In this document: piece by piece, positions 10,485 to 20,068 of the stretch
How the letters are laid out: every line of letters starts with the position of its first letter
How positions within the stretch are numbered: position 1 is the stretch's first letter
NCBI GenBank assembly: GCA_034667465.1
Contig: JAXDJV010000007.1
Coordinates: forward strand, 81,988 to 145,987
Direction: 5' to 3'
From: Acidobacteriota bacterium
GTDB lineage: Bacteria > Acidobacteriota > Thermoanaerobaculia > Gp7-AA8
DNA: 64,000 bases
Notes under the pieces: generated by a model
The model's database searches: none
What the model was told of the DNA's origin: nothing
What the model saw: the letters and a program-made list of their open reading frames with translations, nothing else
Program-made: the position numbers and the translations under genes

Positions 10485-10915
10485 GTCCCATCCTCATCGG
10501 TATCGGTCGGCGCCAGCGGCGGAATGCCCGGCCGTTTGTCGCGATCTCGTACGATGGTCTTCCCGGCTGATCGGGCGTTGATGTATTCGCTCCACGCATC
10601 CTTCTTCGGCCGGCGGAACCGCCGCCGTATTTCCAGCACCGCATAGGAGAGAAGCGAAAGGAGCACGAAGCCGATTACGCAGCCGAACGAATTCGCTGAC
10701 ACTCCCGGAGACGTGCCCGTACCGTCGACTGACGGTGACCCGACGACTGACTGGGACCCGATAAGCCCAAAGAACAGCGCGGGCGTGATCGCGAGCAGAA
10801 ACAGGACACCTGCATAGCGGCGCAGCATCGAGCCAATCGACGTCCCCGCGATGGGAAGGGACACCACCAGGAGTGCGCATGCCGCGGCGAACAGATATAG
10901 AACGATCATCTGCAT
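10481..10915 (-). CDS. Three-TM membrane protein
   Basis: Three hydrophobic segments; overlaps the ATPase start. Confidence 0.7.
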   Translation of the reverse strand: MQMIVLYLFAAACALLVVSLPIAGTSIGSMLRRYAGVLFLLAITPALFFGLIGSQSVVGSPSVDGTGTSPGVSANSFGCVIGFVLLSLLSYAVLEIRRRFRRPKKDAWSEYINARSAGKTIVRDRDKRPGIPPLAPTDTDEDGT

Positions 10916-11046
10916 CTCATATCTACCTAGCTCTCGGAGTCATGCGAGAGAAACTTTGCCGAGGTTCGAACCAGCGGTGGCGCCCGCGAGAACGCTCGCG
11001 GAATTGACCACGACCATGACGCCGTCGCCGGCCGAACCTCGGCAAC

Positions 11047-11262
11047 TCACTTCGAACCTCCTTTCGGATCGCTACCGTTGGCTGTGGTCGCGCCCCCGGC
11101 GTCGTTCGCGCTTCGCTTCGCCCGCGGCTTCGTGGTGCCAGGCACAAGGCGGCCTAGGACCGAATCGACGATGCGGAGGCTTTCCTCGTCGATGTGGGTG
11201 AGCACCGTGATGCAGCGGAGCCGAAGTGCGGCGGATTGAAGTTCTGGGAGATCGTCTTTCAT
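11047..11262 (-). CDS. Small hypothetical protein, first gene of the mobilisation operon
   Basis: GGAGG RBS followed by ATG (MKDDLPEL...). Confidence 0.55.
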   Translation of the reverse strand: MKDDLPELQSAALRLRCITVLTHIDEESLRIVDSVLGRLVPGTTKPRAKRSANDAGGATTANGSDPKGGSK

Positions 11263-11494
11263 CGTGTCCTCCGTGTTCTGATCAACGGAGGACACAGTAG
11301 GTTCGCGATGGGAGCGCGAGCCGAAGCGGATCGAAACGTACTTGGCGCGGTGCCGTAAGCGGCTGCGCAAGACAATTAGCCTGCCGGGTAGGGAAAAGGC
11401 CGCCAGTGTCACTCCTATAGACAGAGGGGCATGGTGTCTCCGCGTCGGTCAGCATGCCCTGCCGTCGTCTCAAGTTGCCACCGGAGGTCGTCGA

Positions 11495-13012
11495 ATGTAC
11501 CGAAGAGCGTGTTGCCTCACCGTTCTCTTGCTGTTCCTAGCAATCAGTCCGGCATCTGCCCAGAAACTCGCTCGTATCGATGGCGTCGGTCGGGGAACAA
11601 TCGCCGTCGAGAAGGGCAATTTCGACGCATTCACGAAGCGATATTTCGCCGGAGACACAGCAGGCCTGCGGGCGGATCTCACTACGATGTTTCAGGACCC
11701 GGTGTATCTAGATTCGAAAGGGAATCTCCTACCAGGAGTCGTTCACCGCTTTGACTTCGAGCACAACTACTACTCATTCATTTTCGTGGCGAACGATCCT
11801 ACCGCGGCGGACCCACAGCTTGTCCGAGTTCTCACGTATCCAGCCGGATTCGCAAAACGATTCCGAACGGGCGGTGCGACCGACGTTGAGCTCGGAGCTG
11901 CAACGGTTCCCGGCGTAGCGGAGATCTACGACGTCTTCTTGTCTATGGATAAAGACGCTTCGATTGGCCTTCAGTACAGCTACACGGAGGTTGAGAATCC
12001 CCTCCAGTCTCAATTTATAGCGGCTTCAAAGGTCATGAATTTCGGCGATATTGCGAAAGCCATAACCTCGCAGCAGGTCATCGAGAAGACACGTGAGCGT
12101 AATCCGGATGCGGCGAAGGGCGTAGACCTTGCCGCGCGAGCAAAGACGACAGAAGTTGTGTACTTCACGATTTCCCATGTAACGATCCCAGCGAAACGCG
12201 CGACTGTCACTGCAAAAGCCGCTGCGGATTTCGGCGATATCGCACAAAAAAAGATTCTCAAAGCATCTGCCGACGCGTTTGCCGAAGTCGAACTGCGGGA
12301 TCAGATCTTGTCGCCATGCGCAGTCGCCATCGCGCACGCAGCGGACAAGGAGGTGCAGCAGTACGTCCAAAGCTCGGACGATCCGCTCGACGACCGCGAT
12401 CAATTAAAAGCAGCGGTACGCCGCGCGATCAGCGACACGCAAAAGCTGAGCACTTGTCGTGATGAGTTGGTTCAGCCCCCACACGAGGCGGCGACGCTCC
12501 GCTCGACCGCCGTGCAGCAAACCATAGACCGATTCATCGCGATCGCAGACGGCGCTGACCCAAAGAAGCTGCAAAACGAAACAGCCTACACGAATGCACC
12601 GCCTAACCGTTTCAGTCTCGGCCTCATCGCCGGCGGCTTGTTCAACACGACGGGTGACGCTCGTGTGAAGCTCGCGGACGACGGGAAAGTGAAGGCTGAT
12701 CCTCTGAGCGGTGCCCTGAGCGCCGCGGCACTGTACATTCACCCGATGCCGTTTCTTAGCGGAACGGCAACACCCTCCCAAGCTGAGCGCTTTGCGTTCT
12801 TCGTTGGATACGTGGCAACGCCAGAACCAGGTCTGGCACTCGGCATCGGCTACAAGCTCTTCCGCGGCCTCACAATCAATGTGGGCTATGCGGGCATGCT
12901 CGTCGATACCCCGGCGAGTGGCGTCGAGATCGGTGCGGTAACGGACAAGAAACGACCGTTCGAACGCGGAGTCGCTCGCGCTGTCTTTGCCGGATTTGGC
13001 TACAGCTTCTGA
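11495..13012 (+). CDS. Secreted or outer-membrane hypothetical protein
   Basis: GGAGG RBS, signal peptide ending ASA, C-terminal amphipathic beta strands ending GYSF. Confidence 0.75.
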   Translation: MYRRACCLTVLLLFLAISPASAQKLARIDGVGRGTIAVEKGNFDAFTKRYFAGDTAGLRADLTTMFQDPVYLDSKGNLLPGVVHRFDFEHNYYSFIFVANDPTAADPQLVRVLTYPAGFAKRFRTGGATDVELGAATVPGVAEIYDVFLSMDKDASIGLQYSYTEVENPLQSQFIAASKVMNFGDIAKAITSQQVIEKTRERNPDAAKGVDLAARAKTTEVVYFTISHVTIPAKRATVTAKAAADFGDIAQKKILKASADAFAEVELRDQILSPCAVAIAHAADKEVQQYVQSSDDPLDDRDQLKAAVRRAISDTQKLSTCRDELVQPPHEAATLRSTAVQQTIDRFIAIADGADPKKLQNETAYTNAPPNRFSLGLIAGGLFNTTGDARVKLADDGKVKADPLSGALSAAALYIHPMPFLSGTATPSQAERFAFFVGYVATPEPGLALGIGYKLFRGLTINVGYAGMLVDTPASGVEIGAVTDKKRPFERGVARAVFAGFGYSF

Positions 13013-13033
13013 TCACTTGCATGGAGGACACAC

Positions 13034-15070
13034 ATGCGCGTCGCCGCTTTTGCATTTCTTGTCGTTATGCTGGTCACGACCGCCACGGAGGCGGCGACCG
13101 TCCGCGCGCGCGAAGGTCGGCGCATCTCGACGGATCACTTGTGGACCGAACTGTCGTCGAGTGACGTGTCACTCACATTCGCTGAAGTGAGTTCGTTGTC
13201 GAACATCGCAGTGGCCCAGACGGCGGTAGTGGCCCAGACGCGCTCGCAGCATGTGTACGCACTCGATGTCGAACGGATGGACGCAATGCTTCGGGACGCG
13301 CCCCAGCGCCCGTTGCTCACGGCGCCAGTGGAGAACGGCCGCCAAATCAATGTTCCGTTAGCGGACGGACGATTTCAGCGGTTTGCTGTCTACTCCACGT
13401 CGGTTCTTCCGTCGTCACTCGCAGAGGCAATCCCGGATGTGAAAACGTTCGCAGCTGTTGCAGTCGATGACCCAACCACAACGGCCAGCATCGAACGCAC
13501 AGCCGAGGGATGGTCGGCGATGATCATTTCACCAACCACCGGGACGAGTTTCGTTACTCCGCTCTTGGAAGGTGAGAAGGATCTGTACATCGCTGCCCGA
13601 AAAGCGCCAAGCGCCGCGCCGAAGCCGTTTCGATGCTTCGTCGAGGGTTCATCGGACCGCGGCGAGACGACAGGTGCCGAACGCAAGCTGCCGAAATCAT
13701 TTGGAGGCACATCGCGAACGTATCGGCTCGCGATCGCAGCAACTGGTGAGTACACAACCTTCTTTCGACGTCCCGAGGATAATGACGATCAAGCGAAGCG
13801 TCGTACGTTAACGGAGATCGTCCGTCTCGTCGCGCGGCTCAACCAGGTATACAGCCGCGAGCTTGCAATTCAGTTTGTCCTCATACCCAAGGAACTCGAC
13901 ATCATCTACACCGACGCGGCGCACGATCCGTATACGAACGATAATCCGAGCAAGCTGCTGGACGAAAACGAAGCGAACCTAGACAAGGTTCTTGGTGCGG
14001 ACGCGTACGATATCGGACATGTGGTCGGTACTGGTGGCGGCGGTCTTGCGAGCCTCCGATCGACCTGCACGCCGGGTAGTAAGGCGCGCGGTGAAACAGG
14101 CTCTGACAGTCCGACATCGGATAGCTTCTATATCGACTACGTTGCTCACGAGGTTGGTCATCAGTTCGGCGGCAACCACACTTTTAACGCGACGACGGCG
14201 AACTGCTCCGGAAACAGGCGGGCCGCGGCCGCCTACGAGCCCGGAAGCGGGACAACGATCATGGGCTACGCGGGTATTTGTGGCTCAGAAGACGTAACGA
14301 CGAATTCAAGTGACTATTTTCACGCCGTTAGTTTCGACGAGATCATCGCGCACATCACTGGAGACGGTGCTTGCGCCACGACCGCACCGAATGGCGATCG
14401 CCCTCCGGCCGTGGCACTGGAAGCGGCGCGTGTGCTAGTGCCCATCCGCACTCCGTTTGTGCTGCGTGCGACTGGCTCCGACCCCGACAACGACAGGCTG
14501 ACATACTCATTCGAACAGTACGATTTGGGTGACGCCGCGCCGCCTGACGATGACAGCGATGGCAAGCTTCGACCGATGTTTCGGTCGACTCTCTCGGTCA
14601 CGCCAAGCCGGATGTTCCCAAACGTCACCAACATAGCTGGCGCAGTGCCGCCGAGTGTCAGCTTCGAAGCACTCCCCATGAAGAGTCCCGCACTCTCGTT
14701 TCGCGTCCTCGCGCGGGACCAGCGCGGCGGCTTCGCATTCGCCGACGGGACCGTTGCCACCGTTCTGGCCGCGGGACCATTCCGCATCACGAGCCCAAGC
14801 GCTACGACGACATGGAAGAGTGGGTCGACCGTCGCGGTGACTTGGGATGTCGCAGGGACTACGACCGCGCCGCTCTCCTGCGCTGACGTTCGTGTCTCCA
14901 TATCGCTCGACGGAGGGTCGTTCGTCGTCTTGCTTCCATCGACTCCAAACGATGGCAGTGAGAACGTTACGGTGCCGTCCGTCGCGGCGGCGAAGCGAGC
15001 GACCCTTATGCTTGAAGCCCTGGGCCAGAGTTTTTTTGCCGTGTCACCGATATTCGCGGTCGTTCCGTAG
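13034..15070 (+). CDS. Secreted reprolysin-like M12B zinc metallopeptidase
   Basis: Signal peptide, prodomain, HEVGHQFGGNH, TIMGY Met-turn, C-terminal Ig-like domain. Confidence 0.9.
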   Translation: MRVAAFAFLVVMLVTTATEAATVRAREGRRISTDHLWTELSSSDVSLTFAEVSSLSNIAVAQTAVVAQTRSQHVYALDVERMDAMLRDAPQRPLLTAPVENGRQINVPLADGRFQRFAVYSTSVLPSSLAEAIPDVKTFAAVAVDDPTTTASIERTAEGWSAMIISPTTGTSFVTPLLEGEKDLYIAARKAPSAAPKPFRCFVEGSSDRGETTGAERKLPKSFGGTSRTYRLAIAATGEYTTFFRRPEDNDDQAKRRTLTEIVRLVARLNQVYSRELAIQFVLIPKELDIIYTDAAHDPYTNDNPSKLLDENEANLDKVLGADAYDIGHVVGTGGGGLASLRSTCTPGSKARGETGSDSPTSDSFYIDYVAHEVGHQFGGNHTFNATTANCSGNRRAAAAYEPGSGTTIMGYAGICGSEDVTTNSSDYFHAVSFDEIIAHITGDGACATTAPNGDRPPAVALEAARVLVPIRTPFVLRATGSDPDNDRLTYSFEQYDLGDAAPPDDDSDGKLRPMFRSTLSVTPSRMFPNVTNIAGAVPPSVSFEALPMKSPALSFRVLARDQRGGFAFADGTVATVLAAGPFRITSPSATTTWKSGSTVAVTWDVAGTTTAPLSCADVRVSISLDGGSFVVLLPSTPNDGSENVTVPSVAAAKRATLMLEALGQSFFAVSPIFAVVP

Positions 15071-15183
15071 CGGACGCCCGCGATCTGGTTCGGGTGATGT
15101 TTGGATCAGTCTTGCCCGCTCGACGATGCGCGACCGCGCCTCACCGACGAATCTTCTTCCACCTTTCGATCACTTTCTTAATG

Positions 15184-15420
15184 TCACTTGGAGATTTCTC
15201 GAACAATCGCTTGAGCGACGCGAACAAACCAATTGTCTTTGGGAGAGCCGGCAATACGAGGGCCGGCAACTGCCGAGATGCTTACACCGCCGACTGGCGA
15301 CCAACCGTCGCGAAATGCCTCGTTAACAGACGTTTCGATCTCGTCAAAAACGGAATTACCCGCGGGCTGCTCTTCGCCAACTGCCGTAAGGACCCGATAT
15401 TCCAATCGCTTCGCGGCCAT
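15184..15420 (-). CDS. DUF1737-like small protein
   Basis: EYRVL...VNEAFRDGWSPVGGVSIS...AQAIVR pattern. Confidence 0.6.
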   Translation of the reverse strand: MAAKRLEYRVLTAVGEEQPAGNSVFDEIETSVNEAFRDGWSPVGGVSISAVAGPRIAGSPKDNWFVRVAQAIVREISK

Positions 15421-15462
15421 ACGCTTGGTCTCCTTTCGCGCGACATCTTACGCGGCCGTGTT

Positions 15463-16653
15463 CTACCGCGTCGTCAGTAGTGGATCAGCGTCGAGCGCCG
15501 CGACGACCACCTGCATCGCTTCGTGAGACGGACGCGCGTAGCGTTCCGCCATCCGCGTCGTCGTATGCCCAAGAGCCTTCGCGATGATCTGCAGGCCGAC
15601 CGATTTGCTCGCAAGGCGACAACCGAAAGTGTGTCGCAGATCATGAGGACGAAAGCGACGTGAAATGTCTGCAAGGGTCTTTGCGAGGACGAACACACGC
15701 CGGATTCGTGTGAACGAATAGCGGCGACGGGAGGCATCACGAAATACGTAGTCACCGCGCCCGCTGCGGGCCTCAGCCGAGCGCAGCGCCTCACGACACG
15801 CGCGCGAAATCGGAATCTCTGCCTCGAGCGTCGTCTTCTGCATCAGTACCCGGATGAACCCGGCCACCAGATCAACCTGATCCCATCGTAGATTGCGCAG
15901 ATCGTTCTTCCGAAGGCCCGTCTCCACCGCGACGACAAAGAATTCGCGAAGCTCCCGGAATCGCTGAAAGGCAACACCCGCCGCCTTGCTGTCACCGCGC
16001 AATCCTCCGCCGAACCTGCGCGGAGCAGCGAAGCTGTCGCTGTCTTTCAGAGGGCCGAGCTGGCGCTTATCATCCAAGTGGCGTCGGAACGCGGCCTCAT
16101 CATCGAACACGCCAAAGAATCTCGTGCGCTCATCGAGCGTGAGCTCCAGCCGAAGTGGCTTTTCCTTCTCTTTTGGGATCTTCTTCTTGATCGGATAATC
16201 AGCGAGAACGTCCCGCTCGACAGCTTGTCGAAGAAGCATCTTCAGCACGCGCACGGCATTATTGATGTAGGTACCCGATAGCTTGCGCTGCCGCATGTCA
16301 GCCATGAAGTCGATGATCCGTATGCTCGCGATCTCGTCGAGATTCGAATCGCCGAAGTAGCGCAGCAGATGATTCTGAATGATCACCTGCTGCGTCTTGC
16401 GCGTGCTGGCCCGGTGGCTCGCCGCGATACGATCGTAAAACCGTTCGATGAACTGCCGGAGCGTAAGGGGTCCCTCGATTGCGCGACCGCTGTCGAGATC
16501 CGCGCGAAACTCCCGCCACAGTTTGAGAGCCTGGTCACGCGTGACGTTCCGGATCGTCCGCTGACGGCGCATCTTTCGGTTCCCGCGAACGTAGCCATCG
16601 AGGACGAGCATCTTCCGACGTGCGTCGTAATTGAAGCCGGGGAGGTCTTTCAT
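15463..16653 (-). CDS. int: Tyrosine recombinase/integrase
   Basis: TGLRKND (R), QKT (K), HDLRH, LGH, ERY; N-terminal arm-binding and SAM-like regions. Confidence 0.93.
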   Translation of the reverse strand: MKDLPGFNYDARRKMLVLDGYVRGNRKMRRQRTIRNVTRDQALKLWREFRADLDSGRAIEGPLTLRQFIERFYDRIAASHRASTRKTQQVIIQNHLLRYFGDSNLDEIASIRIIDFMADMRQRKLSGTYINNAVRVLKMLLRQAVERDVLADYPIKKKIPKEKEKPLRLELTLDERTRFFGVFDDEAAFRRHLDDKRQLGPLKDSDSFAAPRRFGGGLRGDSKAAGVAFQRFRELREFFVVAVETGLRKNDLRNLRWDQVDLVAGFIRVLMQKTTLEAEIPISRACREALRSAEARSGRGDYVFRDASRRRYSFTRIRRVFVLAKTLADISRRFRPHDLRHTFGCRLASKSVGLQIIAKALGHTTTRMAERYARPSHEAMQVVVAALDADPLLTTR

Positions 16654-16666
16654 CGACGCACCTCCG

Positions 16667-16861
16667 TTACGGCGTTCGCGTGCGTGGCGATACGCACTCG
16701 ATGAGAAACCGTTCGACGTCGGCTTTCGCGTAGGTTACGTGCGTCGCCGAGACTCGCACCCATCCATGCGGGCCTCGCCCCTGCCACCGCCACTTCGCGA
16801 GCGTCCGGGTCTTGATACCAATCAGTTGTGCAACGCGCGCTGCTGAGATGCGCTCTTCCAA
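16667..16861 (-). CDS. AlpA/excisionase-like HTH protein
   Basis: VAQLIGIKTRTLAKWRWQGRGP...VTY..ADVERF; immediately upstream of the integrase. Confidence 0.8.
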   Translation of the reverse strand: MEERISAARVAQLIGIKTRTLAKWRWQGRGPHGWVRVSATHVTYAKADVERFLIECVSPRTRTP

Positions 16862-16876
16862 CGCCGGCCTCCGTTA

Positions 16877-17246
16877 CGGAGACCACGATGGGAGAGAGCT
16901 TCGCGCCACGAGCGGAATGGATCGGAATGAGTTGGGAGGAAGGAGAAAAGGAGAAGCGTGTAGAGACCACCGTAGAGACTCCTCAAGTTGGAGTCATTAG
17001 TGATATCCGCGTAACTTGAAGAATCTAATGGAGCGGGCGAGGGGGCTCGAACCCGTGACATCAAGCTTGGGAAGCTCCCACTCTACCACTGAGCTACGCC
17101 CGCCAGATACCGTAACTCCTGTGCTTTCAGGTAGATACGGTCACCGAAGACCAACACGAAGTGCGAAATCCAGTTTACCACGTTCCTCTCTGTCCACGAG
17201 AGTCAACGGGTGCCCAGGAGTCCCAAATAGAGACCGAAACGGAGAC
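16877..17246. repeat. (TA/CG)GAGAC direct repeats, putative integrase arm sites
   Basis: TAGAGAC at 16961, 16973 and 17228; CGGAGAC at 16877 and 17240; both pairs have 12-bp spacing. Confidence 0.55.
17029..17103 (-). tRNA. tRNA-Gly(CCC), possibly degenerate
   Basis: GCGGGCG/CGCCCGC acceptor stem, TTCCCAA anticodon loop, TTCGA T loop, CCA end; G:G and C:C stem mismatches. Confidence 0.85.
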
Positions 17247-17738
17247 GCTGATCGTGACGTGATAGAGGCTCAGTCCGCCCGTCGCGCGTCCGGCGAAAAG
17301 CACAATGCGCGCAACGCTACATTGGACGCGCAACACGCCGCGCACAGGCTCAGCGCGTGTTCAGCGGCAAGCGCCCGCCGTTGCCAGAAGCTCGCAGGTT
17401 CCGAGGTTTTCTGTTCGGAGTGCGGTTGGCGGCGGCACGCTCGTGAAGTTGTTGAATGACGTCGCCTTCCGCCTCCACCCCGATCCTCCGACTCCGCCAA
17501 AAGTCGTGGAGCACGGCGCCATCGCTCCGGACGCCCGTATTCGCGTCGAACCCATCGTCCCCGCGCCGCCCTCGCGGCGGATCGCGTACTGAGGGCGACA
17601 GCCGTCACCGATGACGGTGATCGCCAACACGCTCGCATTTCATCTTGCGCTGCTAATCAAGACATTGCGAACGACCAGAGTCCGCGCTGAGCAGTTTGTA
17701 TTTGCGGCTTGAGCTCGATCGCCTTAAGGGAGCTCGTT

Positions 17739-19931
17739 ATGAGAAACATATTGATAGGCGCAGCCATCTGGATCGCATCCATAACCGCAGTATCTGCATC
17801 GACAAGGATCATTCCCGTTGCCGGGCATCTACCCGGTTCGAACGGCACGAGCTGGACGACCGACATCAGCCTGACCAACAGCGAACCCTCCGCGGTGGTG
17901 GTCGAGCTGGTGTTCCGCCCCGAGGATGGAATCGCGAGGACGCGGTCACTCACGCTGGAGGCAAATCAATCGATCCTCCTCGAGGATGCGGTCGGACCAA
18001 CGAAATTTTCGGGCACGAACCCCGCCTCGTGGCTCGGCCAGCTCGAGGTGCGTTCAACCGGCAATGTGAACGCGACGGCACACATCTTTACGCAAGCCAG
18101 CGCGGGCGGGACCTACGGGAGCACGTACGAAGACTTCGATCCGTCCGTTCTCTCGACGCTCGGCTCAATTGCGGGGCTGATCAACAGCGCGCACTTCCGC
18201 TCGAACATCGCGTTTGCGAACTCAAACGATCAATCGAACTCCTTTGACTACGTCCTCCGCCGCGAGGACGGAAGCGTTGCCGCAACGCGACACCTCGACG
18301 TGCCGGCACATTCGACTCGGCAGATCTCGATCGGCGACGATGTGGCAACGTCGCCTGACGATCGCCGCCTGTCGCTGACCTGGACGGCTGCAAGCGGCGG
18401 ATATGTGATCGGCAGCATCATCGACAACAAGTCCGGCGATCCGACCAGCGCGCCGTCTACGTCGCGCGACACGACGTCGCTTTTCTTTCCGGTGGTCGGC
18501 AAGACGCCGGGAAGCAGTGCCACATTCTGGTCCACGACGGCCGTCGTCACCTCGGATGCCGACAGCAGTGGAAGCGTCACGTTCGTCTACATGGATAACG
18601 CAAGCGGCACGACATACACAAAGACGGCGGATCTTTCCGCTCGCAGCACGGTGAAGAGCGATGATCTCAACGCGTTCGTCGGCGCTCCGCTGGGAACGGG
18701 ATCACTGACTATCAAATCGACGACGGCCATCGTCAGCGCGATTCGCGTTTTCAACACGCAAACCGACGGTTCCACTTTCGGGTCCGCAATCCTGCCGCAA
18801 AGTACCGTCGTGCAGGCGTCCAGGGTGCGCGTCGACGGCGTGCGGCGCGACGACGATTACCGCCTGAACGTGGCCATCTCCAACGACGATTCGAACGCGA
18901 CCGGCGGCACCGTTCGGCTCTTCGACGATCACGGTGTCGAGGTTGAGGTCGAGCCGTTTCACGTCGAGCATGGCAAGTCGACGCAGGTGTCGATGTCGGG
19001 CGGCGCGGCGAAGGTGCACGCCGGCCAGATCGAGGTCGAAACCGAGAATGGCGTTGCCGTTACGGTGATCGCTTCCAATGTCGACAATCACACCGGCGAC
19101 ACAATCCAGCACGAGTCGGAGCAGGAGAACGAACGGCAGACCGAGATCGAAGTCGAGATCACTCCCGGCACCGCACCGGCCGGGTCACCAATCGCGTTCA
19201 GCCTGAAGCACGCCGGCTCGAATGTGACAGCGGTTTCGTGGACGTTCGGTGATGGCACTTCCGGAACTGGAACGGCCGCGATCCACACGTACGCCTCGGC
19301 CGGTGAGTTCGAGATAAACGCCCTGGTTACGCTGACGGGTGGAAGCATCGTTCGCATTCGCGAAGACGTGCACGTTATGAGTACGGGTGTTGGCACCGGC
19401 ACGGGATCGATCGATTTCACCTGGTCGCCGTCCGCGCCCGGCGCGGGGCAGGCGGTCGTCTTCACCGCCTCGGGTGCCAGCGCGGGGGGAACCTTCAACT
19501 GGAAGTTTCCTGGCGATGTTCGCAAGAGCGGCAACGTCGTGATGTTCACGTTTGCTGCTGCCGGTTCCTGCGAAGTGGAACTTGAGCTCGAACACGCCGG
19601 AAGCGAGACGCTGCACATAACTCATCTCGTCACCGTCGGCGGCGGCGCAGGTCCGGGCTCGGGCTCGGGCCAGAACGTGACGTCGATCGACTTCATATCG
19701 TCACCGCAGGCACCGAAAGCCGGGCAGGCAGCGATCTTCACCGCATCGTTCGATCGCCAGCCGCCGGCCGGATCCGTGGTGAAGTGGCGCTTTCCCGACA
19801 ACTCGCGGCCGGAAGGGACGACCGCCACCTACACGTTTGGCGCTGCCGGAACGTATACGGTTCGCGTGCAGATCGAACAGCCGGGCCAGCCCTCCATCGA
19901 GCGCGAGAAAAGCGTCACCGTCGCGCCGTAA
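17739..19931 (+). CDS. Secreted PKD-domain protein
   Basis: Signal peptide, duplicated 'PV.G..PG..G..W.T' beta domains, WTFGDG...HTY PKD motif plus two further PKD-like repeats. Confidence 0.8.
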   Translation: MRNILIGAAIWIASITAVSASTRIIPVAGHLPGSNGTSWTTDISLTNSEPSAVVVELVFRPEDGIARTRSLTLEANQSILLEDAVGPTKFSGTNPASWLGQLEVRSTGNVNATAHIFTQASAGGTYGSTYEDFDPSVLSTLGSIAGLINSAHFRSNIAFANSNDQSNSFDYVLRREDGSVAATRHLDVPAHSTRQISIGDDVATSPDDRRLSLTWTAASGGYVIGSIIDNKSGDPTSAPSTSRDTTSLFFPVVGKTPGSSATFWSTTAVVTSDADSSGSVTFVYMDNASGTTYTKTADLSARSTVKSDDLNAFVGAPLGTGSLTIKSTTAIVSAIRVFNTQTDGSTFGSAILPQSTVVQASRVRVDGVRRDDDYRLNVAISNDDSNATGGTVRLFDDHGVEVEVEPFHVEHGKSTQVSMSGGAAKVHAGQIEVETENGVAVTVIASNVDNHTGDTIQHESEQENERQTEIEVEITPGTAPAGSPIAFSLKHAGSNVTAVSWTFGDGTSGTGTAAIHTYASAGEFEINALVTLTGGSIVRIREDVHVMSTGVGTGTGSIDFTWSPSAPGAGQAVVFTASGASAGGTFNWKFPGDVRKSGNVVMFTFAAAGSCEVELELEHAGSETLHITHLVTVGGGAGPGSGSGQNVTSIDFISSPQAPKAGQAAIFTASFDRQPPAGSVVKWRFPDNSRPEGTTATYTFGAAGTYTVRVQIEQPGQPSIEREKSVTVAP

Positions 19932-19953
19932 CTCCACGCGCGTATTCACCAGC

Positions 19954-19982
19954 CGGCAGGCCGCGAAACTCGCGGCCTGCCG
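19954..19982. terminator. GC-rich hairpin between convergent genes
   Basis: CGGCAGGCCGCGA-aac-TCGCGGCCTGCCG perfect 13-bp stem. Confidence 0.55.
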
Positions 19983-20068
19983 TTGGGCGTGCTTCGTTTC
20001 GATCGCAACACAAGGCGTCGCTCAAAGGGATCGCTGACGAGATGACCGTCTACAAAATTCCGTAGGCG

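Larger units (their letters stand above)
1..17250. mobile_element. Integrative (mobilisable) element at tRNA-Gly; left end lies outside the window
   Basis: int and xis-like genes next to a tRNA 3' end, plus relaxase-like, coupling ATPase, ssb and defence cargo. Confidence 0.8.

Noticed and set aside
17270-17640. Short ORFs between the tRNA and the PKD gene
   Set aside because: No recognisable motif, RBS or consistent frame; may be a remnant but cannot be supported
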